Assembly: GCF_032191835.1 (NCBI RefSeq)
Contig: NC_083231.1
Coordinates: 4,154,001-4,218,000, forward strand
DNA from: Heteronotia binoei
Lineage: Eukaryota
Length of the DNA: 64,000 nt
Reading direction: 5' to 3'
Shown: positions 22,480 through 33,418 of the stretch, piece by piece
How positions within the stretch are numbered: position 1 is the first letter of the stretch
Layout of the letters: each line of letters starts with the position of its first letter
Program-made: the position numbers and the translations under genes
Notes under the pieces: generated by a model
What the model was told of the DNA's origin: nothing
Database searches by the model: none
Seen by the model: the letters and a program-made list of their open reading frames with translations, nothing else

Positions 22480-22640
22480 AGGGGGCCTGAAGGATATTCA
22501 GAGAGGCAGCTGAATAAAGCCTGCCCCTGTCCTCCTGACCTGGTATTCCAAGGAGGTCTCCCCTCCCAGTACTAACCAGATTCTTAACTTCCAAGATCTG
22601 ATGAGACTGGTCTTGCAGCTGGGCTGTCCAGGTCAGGGCT
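22480..22640 (-). mobile_element. 5S rRNA-derived SINE, decayed
   Basis: Reverse of GCCCTGACCTGGACAGCCCAG..CTCATCAGATCTTGGAAGTTAAG..TGGTTAGTACTGGGAGGGGAGACC. Confidence 0.7.
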
Positions 22641-24759
22641 TAGCTTGAAATTGCTGTTTTCTAATGAGATGAGCTGGTTGCAAACTCTTTCTACATTTGC
22701 ACATGTTTGTGAATATTTGTGATATTTAAAAATATTGGATGATTCATTGATTTATTTTTCTTTTCTTTTTCCAAATCCTACCAACCTATGGTTAAAGAGA
22801 TAGGAAGTAATAAAAGTAAGTAAGGAACAGAAATAAGATAATTGAAATGCCACTGTATTCTTCACAAGAAGACAACTGTCAAAGCCAGAAGTGACCGTTG
22901 AAGTTGCTGTGTGTCAAGAGTGTACCCCACCCCGTATCCTCTTGTCATATAATAACTTAGTATTGTCTTGGGAATGATCCTGAGTATCTGTTTAGTTGAG
23001 TGAGACGGTCTGTGTCCTATTCTGAAATGATTAACTGTTGTTTTGCTTTATGTTACTTTTGCTTTTGCTAGATGGCGCATCCCCAACCCTTATCTCTGCT
23101 GCTTGTTAGCATGGTAACGAAGGTCGTGCTGGAGGAGAATAAAGGAATTAATAGCTTTACACCTGGATTGTAGTAGAAGGGGGGACAGGAGATGTAGAAT
23201 GCCCGCCAAATGTACCCGCCGCTTTTTGCCATGCTTTGCTTGAAATGATAACGGCCCACCGAGGTTATATAGGAGATGCCTTTGGGCTGGCACCCCAGTT
23301 TCAGCAACTTCTTGTATTGCCTTGAGATGCTTGGAATAAATGTCTGAATTTACCGACTGCATGTTCCTTGGGGGCGAGGCTTTGCCTTCTTTGAAGGTGG
23401 CGTGGTTTTCTGCTTTCAAGATTGGAATGGGAGGAGACTTTATTTGATAGTGATGTAATTACTTGGCCCTCTGGGGATTTGTGTATTATTTCTTGAAGCC
23501 ATCTCAACCATGTTCTAGAAAATTCTTTATGTCCAGTGAAGTTTTGAGTTTTAGATATACTTTTATGTCTTCATATTGGTGTAGTCAACCAGAGAAGCAC
23601 AAAAATTTGAGCCTCCTGTACTTTAAATATTTCTGTCTGTGCTAGCAGTTGGTTTTGCGATTGTGTCCTTGGCTGTGCCTCTGTGGATTCTCTGGGTAGC
23701 TCTAGTTGCTGTCACGAGTGCAGAGGCATTCACGTTGGCAGTGGAGCATGCAGAAAAGGTTCCTCTCAGGGTTGCCTTGCCTCAGCTGTCCATGGCTGCC
23801 ACCAGAGATTGGTTTACATCTTTTATTTTAAAAGAGAAGCCTTTTTGGTCTGGAGGAAATGGAAAATATGTCACTATGTCATTGAGTGGGTCAATGTATG
23901 TTCCAGTCAGGAGAAAGAGTTTGGGTTTCTAGATACTCTTAATGATTGTGCTGACTGATACGTACTGATGTTGTTCCACTGGCCCTGATAAGGGGATTTT
24001 ACTCTTAGGGCCTAAACTGGAAGGTGCATCTTTGCAGTATTATTATTTGCTGTATATGTAATTGCTGCTGACATAAGGCCGACACATTTGTGACCTTCCA
24101 GAAATTGTGTCATTCGTTTCCATACTGGAAAATGACATGTTGGGCCTTAGAGTAATTGTTGATTTATAGGTGTAACTGGGACTCTGTTGTATTTTGACCT
24201 CTGAAGAAGGCCTCTTCAGGCCAAAGCGCACCAGAGATCCAATACCACAAAGTCTTGGTCAGACCTATAAGAACTCCTGCTATCCTCCTCTCTTTGGAAT
24301 CCTGATCCTTCTCGGTGGGGTTGCTGGCCTGAAGCAATTTCATTCCTCCTCTCTTCTGGGCCACATGCTGCTCCTGCTGACAGGGGAAGGGGTGAGCCAA
24401 AGAGGATTACAGCAACCGCTTTGGCCCAAGCCAACATGGAATGGTCCAATATGGAAATGAATGGCACAGTTTTTGGAAGTCCACAAATGCATCTGGGGTT
24501 CTTAGTTCCCACTGACTCAGGGAGAACAGGTGGCTGCCTGCTGGGGGGAGCAGCTATAGCTGTGCCCTCACCATCCAGCACAGGCACATGCCAGGGCATA
24601 AGGGCCCTCCTTTCCCTCATTAGCAATTAGGGGATTTTGTTTAATTAGCCCTGTTCTGTTTAAATTAATTTAGTTTAGTTAGTGCCCCAATGCCCCCTCC
24701 TCAGAAAAATCCTGGCTATGGGCCTGAGTGGGATTGAGGTGATGAGAGAGGAGGTCCTG

Positions 24760-25550
24760 AGACTGATCCCCAGGCCCAGAGGTATATGGACATCCAGGAG
24801 TTCTGAAAGAACTCAAATGTGAACTTGTGGATCTCCTGACAAAAACATGCCATCTGTCACTAAAATCTGCCTGCATTTGTAAAGACTGGAAAGTAGCTAA
24901 TGCAACCCTCATCTTTAAAAAAAAAAATTTCCAGAAGAGATTACAGGCCGGTCAGTTTAACACTACTGGGTAAGTTGATGGAATCTGTTATTAAAGTTAG
25001 AATTAGTAGGCACATTGATGAACAAAAGCTATTGTGGAAGAATTAGCATGGATTTTGTAAGGAAAGATCTCACCTTACTAACCCGTGAGAGTTCTTTGAT
25101 GGTGTGGCCCAATAGATGCTTTTGACCTCGACTTCCAGAAAGCTTTTGCTAAAGTTCCTCATCAAAGGCTCCTAAGTAAACTCAGCGGTTATGGGATCAG
25201 GGGACAAGCCCTCTTGTGGATTAAAAATGGGTTAATGAACAGGAAGTGGTGACTCTGTGTGGGTAGTTTCCACAGGGGATGGTGGTGAGCAGTGGGGACC
25301 GCAGGGCTTGGTGCTGGGTCTGTTGCTTTTTTAACTTGTTCATTAATGATTTAGAGCTGGGAGAAAGCAGTGAAGTGGCCAAGCTTGCGGATGACCCTAA
25401 GTTGCTCAGGGTGGTGAGAAGCAGGGAGGATTGTGAGGTGCTCCAAAGGGACCTGTCGAGGCTGGGCGAGTGGGCGTGACAGAGTGTTGGACTAGAAGGA
25501 CCTCTGGCCTAATGCAACATGGCTGATCTAATGTTCTTATGTATTTTGAC
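24760..25550 (+). mobile_element. CR1 LINE RT fragments with internal deletions and 3' tail
   Basis: HPGVLKELK.., DFQKAF.KVPHQRL, LFINDLELG..AKLADD motifs; ends in one copy of the tail GACAGAGTGTTGGACT..ATGTTCTTATG. Confidence 0.85.
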
Positions 25551-25763
25551 TGTGCTCTTTCCGGAGAACTTTTATCAAACCAGGTTTGGGACAGATCATA
25601 GCACAGTTCCAGAAATAGTATGAATGATGACATGTGAATGCTCCCCAAAACAGCCACGGCAGATTAAAACATTGATAGAATCAGTTTCTGAGATATGCTC
25701 TACTATATGATGCAGGTTAGCTTTACTAGAAATGCTAATACCTGCATTTCTCTTCTTTCCCAG

Positions 25764-25815
25764 TGGCTTTGATGATGAAACTTTGAAACTGCGGCAACTG
25801 AAATTGGAGAACCAG
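25764..25815 (+). CDS. TULP3: TULP3 coding exon 2 (52 nt)
   Basis: GFDDETLKLRQLKLENQ (IFT-A-binding helix start); TTTCCCAG acceptor, CAG|GTAAGC donor. Confidence 0.93.
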
Positions 25816-26229
25816 GTAAGCTGTGGGATAGATTTTGGCATGTTTTAAAGCAGGAACAAATAAATTTTACTGGTCTTGGGTCTTGCTAGTAAGGAGTTTT
25901 AGCGGCTAGTGACAGGCACAGAGGGGAAAAGGGGAAGGCGCACATACTCAGGCATAACTAAGGAGAATTTTGACCCATTTTAGCACTCTGGCGGTTCTTG
26001 CAGTGGAGAGCTCCTGCCTTGTCTTCTTGCCTGGACCCAGAGAGAATCCTGGCAGGTTGCCAAACAGGCACCTGCACTTGAGCAGGAGGGAGGGCAAGCT
26101 GGGGCTGACTGGCAGCAACAGAAAATGTCTGTTCTGATAAGTGATCATTGTGTGACCATCCCCCTCTAGAGCTTCTCCTTTGGATGATTTAGAAGAACCC
26201 CCCCCCGCCTGCCCTCCATAAGCATGCTG

Positions 26230-27460
26230 TAGGAGTCTTCCTATCCCTGGTTTTATGGAAATGCTGTGAAGTTTCAGAGTTGGTTTTGATCAACTCAGGC
26301 TCATGCAAGAGGTACCAGGCCAAAACGGGGCTCACATGCATTTTGATCTCTTCCTGGATACATGTTAAAATGTCCAGATCACTTGTGTGAGACTCTGCAA
26401 GCTGATATAAAACTTTGAGTATTACTGTAGCTGCGAAGGCTTGTCCATTAATGTGTTGAAATCTAAGGATATAATATTTAGTAAAAAGAAGGGGGAAATG
26501 TTTAAATGGGACATAGGAGGCCAGTCCATGGAACAGGTTAATCAATTCAAATCCCCGGGAATCCATTTTGAAGCATCTCACATGGAAAACACACCTGCAC
26601 TTTGCAAGGAATATGCCCTGAGATTAGGGAGGACAATTGTAAAATACTTCTATAAAGCAGGAGGTGAATTCGTCCCCTCAGCCTTAAAGGTTTATAACAC
26701 CATGGTTTCAAGCCAATTCTTGTATGGTGTGGAAATGTTTATTGACCACTCCCAGGTGCATCTCAGGAATAGCCCGGAGAGCTGAATTGGACGAATGATT
26801 GATGGAAGCGAAGGCTTGGATGAAGGCATTTCTTTTTGAAGTAAAGATTTTAAAATCTGAAGGCGGGCCTATTCTACTTGGTCTTATTCTGACAGACAAA
26901 TACAATAGCCAGTGGGATCTGCTTTTGGAAAATAAAACGAAATGCTTAGGAGTAACAAATTACTTGGTCAAGGAAGCAAATATATAATTAGGGAAATAAA
27001 AAGGTGTGTTAGGAAGCTGGATGTGGTCTGTCAGGGCTCACAAGGTATGTTTGGCACTTTATCTAGGAATCGCTCTCCTGATGCAACTGCCAGAGTTTTT
27101 TTTTTCTTTTAAGTTTGACTGTACCAAAGCTCAGAAGAACTTTGGTAAGAATGAATGTCCTTCTCTCAGCGGTTGTTGAGAGTAGATATAATAAACTACA
27201 TACGCAAATGTTCTTATGACAAAGTAGAAACCATTGAGCATATGATTATAGAGTGCCCTATGTATAACAAATTGAGGGCTAATTTAATCACCCCTTTACA
27301 AAAAAAATAAGGAATGGCTTAATGCGAGAGCCCAGGTGATATGGCCACTATCAGACACAAATGATCTTGTTACCTTTTTGGTGGTAAAATTTAGAGAAGC
27401 GATAATGAAATAACAGAGAAATAACATTAAGTGATGTTCTAGTCCATTCCAGGCAATTAA
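26230..27460 (+). mobile_element. RTE/RTE-X-like LINE, decayed 3' portion
   Basis: Frameshifted ORF2 remnants (INVLKSKDIIF, EQVNQFKSPGI, SQFLYGVEMF, ETIEHMIIECP) resembling 35600-38290. Confidence 0.6.
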
Positions 27461-27515
27461 AGCAAGGCATGAGTCCCTTCCTGGGAGTAAGTAAACATTT
27501 TACCCCCCATGGCAG

Positions 27516-27684
27516 AGAACCCTTCTGGAGAAAAAGCAGCGGAAGAAGCGTCTGGAACCCCGGATGGTGCAGCCCAATCTTGAAGCCAAGCAGCAGCAGC
27601 ACAGGGCGAAGCCTCGAGGGCCTGAAGAGCAGACCCCCTTAGTGGGGGCCCCGGCCCCTGCCCTCGCCAATGTGGTCCTGCATG
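27516..27684 (+). CDS. TULP3: TULP3 coding exon 3 (169 nt)
   Basis: [48 protein letters not shown]; GGCAG acceptor, G|GTAGGC donor. Confidence 0.95.
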
Positions 27685-28604
27685 GTAGGCACAGAGCTTT
27701 AGTCCCTTCTCCAAATGGTGTGGTGGTGATCTGGATCTTAAAACCTGGGAACTGGGGCAGTGCCCTTTTGATGCTGGCATAGCTAGCTGGCATCCTGTGC
27801 TCTCAGTGAGGGGAGAGACACACATTCAGATCCAAGGCACTGGGAGCAGAGCAATTGCATTGCAGAGCATAGGCTGCCCACCCCCTCTGGTGTCCCTCCT
27901 CTGTCACTTAGATACACAGAAGCAGCCGTCCAAGAGGTGCTGATGCCAGCAGCTCCCAGCAGAGCGAGGGGAGGAGCACAAGGAGCAGAAGAGGGCCATC
28001 GTGCAGTCCCCTCCTGCTCTCGGGGGCTTGAATCGCAGGCAGACCCACAGGTGCACCAGCAGGTTCACAGCCGTATGATGGATGTGCTTCCACAGTTCAC
28101 CTGGCAGGGGAAGCCCCGGCAGGAAAGCTACAGCCCGTCCCTTGCAAGGGGCAGGGGATACACGTGGGCATACATGTAGCAAAGGAATGCATGGCAGAAC
28201 ATTCTCTGAAGGCTTCGTTATCATCCTAGCTGCTCATTGGGGAAAAGCCCCTGGGTAAAAATGGGAAGGAGGGGCGGGGGCTGAATGACCATTGAGGGAA
28301 AAGATGGGGATGAGGCAAAGCTCAGCAGCCATGAGGGGGGAGGAGGAGGCGGAGCCCCGTCCAGCCCACTGCAGCGCACTCCTTTGCCTGCATACGCAGT
28401 TGAGCGCGCCTGGAGTATAGGAAGCCTCAAGGGCACAGGAGGGCAGAGGTCTGGAAGGAGGGCCAGGCATAGCAGGGGACTTGCAGCAACAGGCCCAGTT
28501 GCTGGGTGGATGGATTGACTCCAGCTGTGAGAGTAAATGACCGGTCTGTCACCCAGCAAGTTTTATGGCAGAGTGGGGGTTTGAACCCAGGTGCAGTGGT
28601 GGGA

Positions 28605-28810
28605 AGTGCCATCAAGTCACAGCTGACTTATGGCAGCCCCCGTAGGGTTTTCAAGACGAGATGTTCAGAGGTGGTTTGGCATTGCCTGTCTCCGCATCAC
28701 AGCCTTGGTCTTCCTTGGAGGTCGTCCATCCAAATACTAGCCAGGGCTGATCCTGCTTGGCTTCTGAGGTCTGATGAGACTGGGCTAGCCTGGGCTGTCC
28801 AGGTCAGAGC
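28605..28810 (-). mobile_element. 5S rRNA-derived SINE
   Basis: Minus strand GCTCTGACCTGGACAGCCCAGGCTAGCCCAGTCTCATCAGACCTCAGAAGCCAAGCAGG..TAGTATTTGGATGGACGACC. Confidence 0.75.
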
Positions 28811-29149
28811 CTCCCCAGTCATACTTGTGGGCTATTCTTGGTGCTGTACTGCTCTGGTTCGTCAAGTGTCCTTGGCCAAAGAAGTCCAGGCATGCTTCTT
28901 TTGGGACTTCTAGATCCCCAAGAGTTGAGAAGATGCCTTGTGTGGTCATGGCTCTGGCATGTAGAGCATCTTCCCCTTTTGCTGCTGCTGTTGTTGTTCA
29001 GGGGCTTTGGTGGAGCTGCCGTATCTGGTTTTGAAGGGAATGATGGCATACGTGGAGGTGATTTCCTGGTTGGTCACCAAGATGGTGGTGTGCAGGAGGC
29101 TCTGCTGACCAGGGCCGTGTGTTGATTGATTAGTGGATTTACAATTCAT

Positions 29150-29420
29150 GACCAGTTGATTAATGTGTTCCTAATCCATGACTTGTTAAGTCCAGGTTGT
29201 GCTTGGTTGGCTGCTTAAGTGCGGTGAGGCTGCCTGTGCTCTGTGTGTCTGAGGCAGGTATAGCTTTTTTGCCTCTATAGAAAGCTCTCCTGAAGGCCAT
29301 TTTAAACAGCTGGCAGAATGACAGGCGCAGAGGAGCTCTCTGGACCTTCTTAGGCAGGCTGTTCCACAAGGTGTTGCCACCACAAAGAAAGCCCAGGTGT
29401 GGGTGATTCCTGATCTTGCC
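29150..29420 (-). mobile_element. L2-type LINE 3' fragment
   Basis: ..LWNSLPKKV..F..K.AF type remnant, similar to 18120-18670. Confidence 0.5.
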
Positions 29421-29939
29421 TGCTTGCAGGGTGGCTCCTACAGAAGGCTCTAAAAGTTGAGCGGAGCGGTCTAGTTATTTGATTCTCCTAAGACCTGTAG
29501 TGTTTTTCTTCTTTCATACAAATGGTTCTACTCTTGAGACAGTAGGGAGAAGTTTGCGTCTCTTTCATCTCAGGACGTTCATTACTTTTAAGAAATAATG
29601 CTTTGTGCAGAGCAATGCATCATCGTGGGGAACAAGGACTGCAGATCTTCCCCACTTTCTTCTCCATCAGAATCCATTTCTGACTCAGGAAAAGATCATG
29701 TGGAATAATAGCTACAGGCCACTTGGCTTTGGGGACGGGATGGCTTCCTTCTGCCGGATCTCTGCAGTCCCAGGAATCAGCCTTCCCGGGGTTGAGGGGG
29801 GGGCAAGGGGGAAGATCGACACCCATCAGCATCTTCTGCGGAAAGATCACTGGATCCAGCAACTGCACTGCCCTGTCATTTTCTCTGGTGTGTTTCAGAT
29901 TTCCAGTAGTAACCGATTGCATTGAGTAGCAAATTAGCT

Positions 29940-30560
29940 TTAGGAAAGTGCAAACACCAAAGCCATTAATAGACAATACAATAAAGCGTTAAAACAAATG
30001 CAGGTAATACAACTAAAAGAAAAGCTGCAAGGAACTTTAACAGATTGGATTCTTCTTCCTCAGTTACACGGTTTAATTGTAAATCCTATAGTAACATTTA
30101 GTTGGAATAGATACCAATACGTCCGATGGTCTGAAAACAATATGGGGAAATGATAGTGGAACGAAAATAGAAGAAAAGGTATGCAACAAGTTATGGATGG
30201 CTCAAACAAGGAAAACTATATTGATAGTTCTTAGGGTAGAGCGCTCTGATACATCAATGGTATATTACCCCAGAAGGCCTTATAAGAATTAGTGAACACA
30301 AGTAAATAAAAAAGGTTGGAGAAACTGTAATCAGCAACGTGATTATATTCACATGTGGTCATGTCCTGTTGTATCACAGTTTTGGGAGAAAATGTTTTCA
30401 GAAACGGAAAGTAGCACTCATCAAATTATTTATGCCCTGCCAGCAGTGGCTCTGTTAACGGTCTGGGGGGAACAAAATGGAAAAGTGGCGCCTAAAGGGT
30501 TAATAGTGTTTATATAGTTTAAAACTAATATATATATATAAACGAACAGCATATATAGGT
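29940..30560 (+). mobile_element. L1/Tx1-like ORF2 C-terminal remnant
   Basis: AT-rich decayed coding sequence with WRNC..DYIHMW.CPV.SQFW zinc-knuckle-like motif. Confidence 0.45.
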
Positions 30561-30695
30561 TTCCTATTTTTTTTTCTGGAATAATCTCTGTGGAACGAAA
30601 CAATTCTTCCATAACTCCCTGTAGATTACTAGGAGGCATTCAGGCAGTCTCTGTACATCAGCTGCTTCAGTAAGCTGTCCCCCTGTCTCGTACAG

Positions 30696-30872
30696 GCATT
30701 GACGGCCCAGCTGTCTTTCTGAGCTCAGAGCTACAAGGCTTGGAGGCCGAACGGCAGATAATTTCAGTTGGATCATTGACAACAGAAGATGACACCAAGC
30801 CAGAAAACACAGAGGAAACCTCAGGAGATTCAACTTCCAAGATGGATCTGCAAGACATTCTACAGAAACGAG
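30696..30872 (+). CDS. TULP3: TULP3 coding exon 4 (177 nt)
   Basis: GIDGPAVFLSSE..MDLQDILQKR; TACAG acceptor, G|GTGAGA donor, phase 1 to phase 1. Confidence 0.92.
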
Positions 30873-31834
30873 GTGAGAAAGAGGAAGAGTGGGTTGACAA
30901 GGATCTAGGTCAGAATTCATTCTACTTTCAGCATTTGTACTTAACTAGTTATAAGAATGGCAAGAGTTTTCTGTATTAAAGGGAAAGTGATTTTTTTAAT
31001 ATCACAGTTTAATGGAAAAATCAGTGGGCATACGCTGTCCGTCCTACTTTATCCTGCCTTTATTCCTCCCCACCGTGAGAATGACTTTATTGTTTACCTT
31101 TGATGTACCCTACAAAATAGTATGCCTAGCCTTGGAATGTATCAAACTCAACTTGCTTCTCTATCAGACCACTAGTTCTCAAATAAATGGATTAATTCTG
31201 CAACAAAGAATGGTCTGTTTTATCTTGAAGTTCCCCCACCCCCAAGGGAAGGGACAAGGTGGGCTAGGGAAAACGTTGGCAGAAATAAGATCAGAATAGT
31301 TTAAGCTACTCTCCTGTAATCACAAACGGTGCTCCCAGTGCAGCCACACACACTCTCCTTCTTGCCCAAACTGCAGTGAATGAGTTTCAGGGTCCACCAT
31401 TCCATCTCCTTCCTGATCATTGTAGCAGTAGTTTAATTTTGGAACACCGTCTCCACTGCTTCCTGCTGGGCATTGTTAAGTTTTTGGTCGCAGGGAAAGG
31501 TGCCTATTTTTATGATGCCTTTCCTTGAGTGTTTTCTCTTCTCCTAAGGGGGTTTTTTGGGGGTGTGTTTTTATATTTTGTAGTGGTTTTATAATGATTC
31601 TACATCTTACTTTTACACTGGTTTATTATTGCTACTGGAAAAAAATCCTATATACTTTAGTGGCGTTGCTGGTTTAATTATTTTAGATGTGGTGGTGTTC
31701 TATAGATATTTTGTTGGAATGTATGGGATCTGATGGCTAATTCTTATCCTATTTGATAAGATTTGATTTGAGAGTACAAGATATCAGTGTTCAGAGTGAG
31801 TGAATAATAATCACACAGCGGTTTATAAAACAAT

Positions 31835-32100
31835 TTTTGAGTCCAGTCAGGCACCTTTAAGACCAACAAAGTTTTATTTGCTCGTGTGTGTGTGTGTGTG
31901 CACACTTCCTCAGATCCAGGGAAACAAGACGTCCTCAGCCATTACATAGAGGGGTGTATGTGGGGTGGGGTGGGGGCTTAGTTGCCAGGAGGGACCTTGA
32001 ATAAAACTTGGGTGGTTTTAAAGGTACCACAGGACACAAAGTTTGTCCAGCTGCTTCAGACCAACACGGCTAGCCACCTGAATCTATAATAATTCATAGT
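31835..32100. mobile_element. Penelope-like short element fragments; hammerhead stem II replaced by (CA)n
   Basis: TTTGAGTCCAGTCAGGCACCTTTAAGACCAACAAAG; minus strand CTGAGGAAGTGTG(CA)n. Confidence 0.55.
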
Positions 32101-32489
32101 GAATCCAGGAAACATCCGAAATTCAGTCTGCATAGTTAAACAGTTGAATATAACCATTTTTGTCTCTAAATGACTGGATTCAGAATTAGCTGGTGGACCA
32201 GTCAGTTAAGCAGACTCTCCAAAAGATCAGGGACGTAACAATAATAGCAGCAAGAATCTTGAATGCCTAAAATTCAACTTTGGCTGTTATCTGTACAGAG
32301 CTCATTTCCCAACTGAAGCCCTCTTTTTCAGACCATCCACAGAATGTCACCTCGACTTCCCTCTGTTTCTCTCAGATCTTTCTCAAGCCTACTTTGCAGT
32401 GATTCTTTTCCCCCTGAAAGACTAGAGTCAAAGTGAGTTTATCTTACTGACTGGTTGGGAAGGTGTGCATTTTCAAAACTCCTGCCTAT

Positions 32490-33418
32490 TGAGGAGCTGG
32501 GGAAAGTAACCAGGATGATTAGGGAGCTGGAGCACCTGCCCTAGGAGAAAAGGCTGAAGAGTCTTCTGTGTGAGACAGGATGGTGGACTAGATGGACCCT
32601 CACTGGTCTGATCCAGCGGGGGTCTTCTGATGCTGTTTTCAGGGAAAGGCCTCAGCCTCTCTGCCCTGTTGTTGGCCCCCTAGAGGAACTGGTTGGCCAC
32701 TGTGTGAGACAGGAGGCTGGACTAGATGGACCCTCCCTGGTCTGACCCAGCAGGGCTCTTGTGATGTTCTTCTCAGGGGAAGGCCTCAGTCTCTCTGCCC
32801 TGTTGTTGGCCCTCCAGAGGAACTGGTTGGCCACTGTGTGAGACAGGAGGCTGGACTAGATGGACTCTCTCTACTCTGAGCCTGCAGGGGTCTTCTGATG
32901 CTCTTCTCAGGAGAAGGCCTTGGCCTCTGTCCTGTTGTTGGCCCTTCAGAGGAACTGGTTGGCCACTGTGTGAGACAGGAGGCTGGACTAGATGGACCCT
33001 CCCTGGTCTGACCCAGCAGGGCTCTTGTGATATTCTTCTCAGGGGAAGGCCTCAGCCTCTCTGCCCTGTTGTTGGCCCTCCAGAGGAACTGGTTGGCCTC
33101 TGTGTGAGACAGGAGGCTGGACTAGATGGACTCTCTACTCTGAGCCTGCAGGGGTCTTCTGATGCTCTTCTCAGGAGAAGGCCTTGGCCTCTGTCCTGTT
33201 GTTGGCCCTTCAGAGGAACTGGTTGGCCTCTGTGTGAGACAGGATGCTGGACTAGATGGACCCTCCCTGGTCTGACCCAGCAGGGCTCTTGTGATGTTCT
33301 TCTCAGGGGAAGGCCTCGGCCTCTCTGCCCTGTTATTGGCCCTCCAGAGGAACTGGTTGGCTGCTGTGTGAGACAGGAGGTGGGACTACATGGACTGATC
33401 CAGCAGAGCTCTTCTTAT
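32490..33418 (+). repeat. CR1 fragment followed by a tandem array of ~6.4 units of 130-134 bp (CR1-type 3' terminus)
   Basis: Unit starts TGTGTGAGAC at 32567, 32701, 32835, 32967, 33101, 33231, 33365; preceded by CR1 ORF2 end remnant GGATGATTAGGGAGCTGGAGCACCTGCCC. Confidence 0.9.

Noticed and set aside
23050-24650. ORFs in TULP3 intron 1 as RHNO1 or a nested gene
   Set aside because: No RHNO1 motifs; 23850-23960 is a CR1 endonuclease scrap (EWVNVCSSQEKEFGFLDTLNDCA) and the rest looks like decayed TE.
28760-28790. CTGATGA motif as a hammerhead core or C box (also ~22598)
   Set aside because: It is the antisense of the 5S-derived SINE head; no stem II/GAAA or D-box partner.
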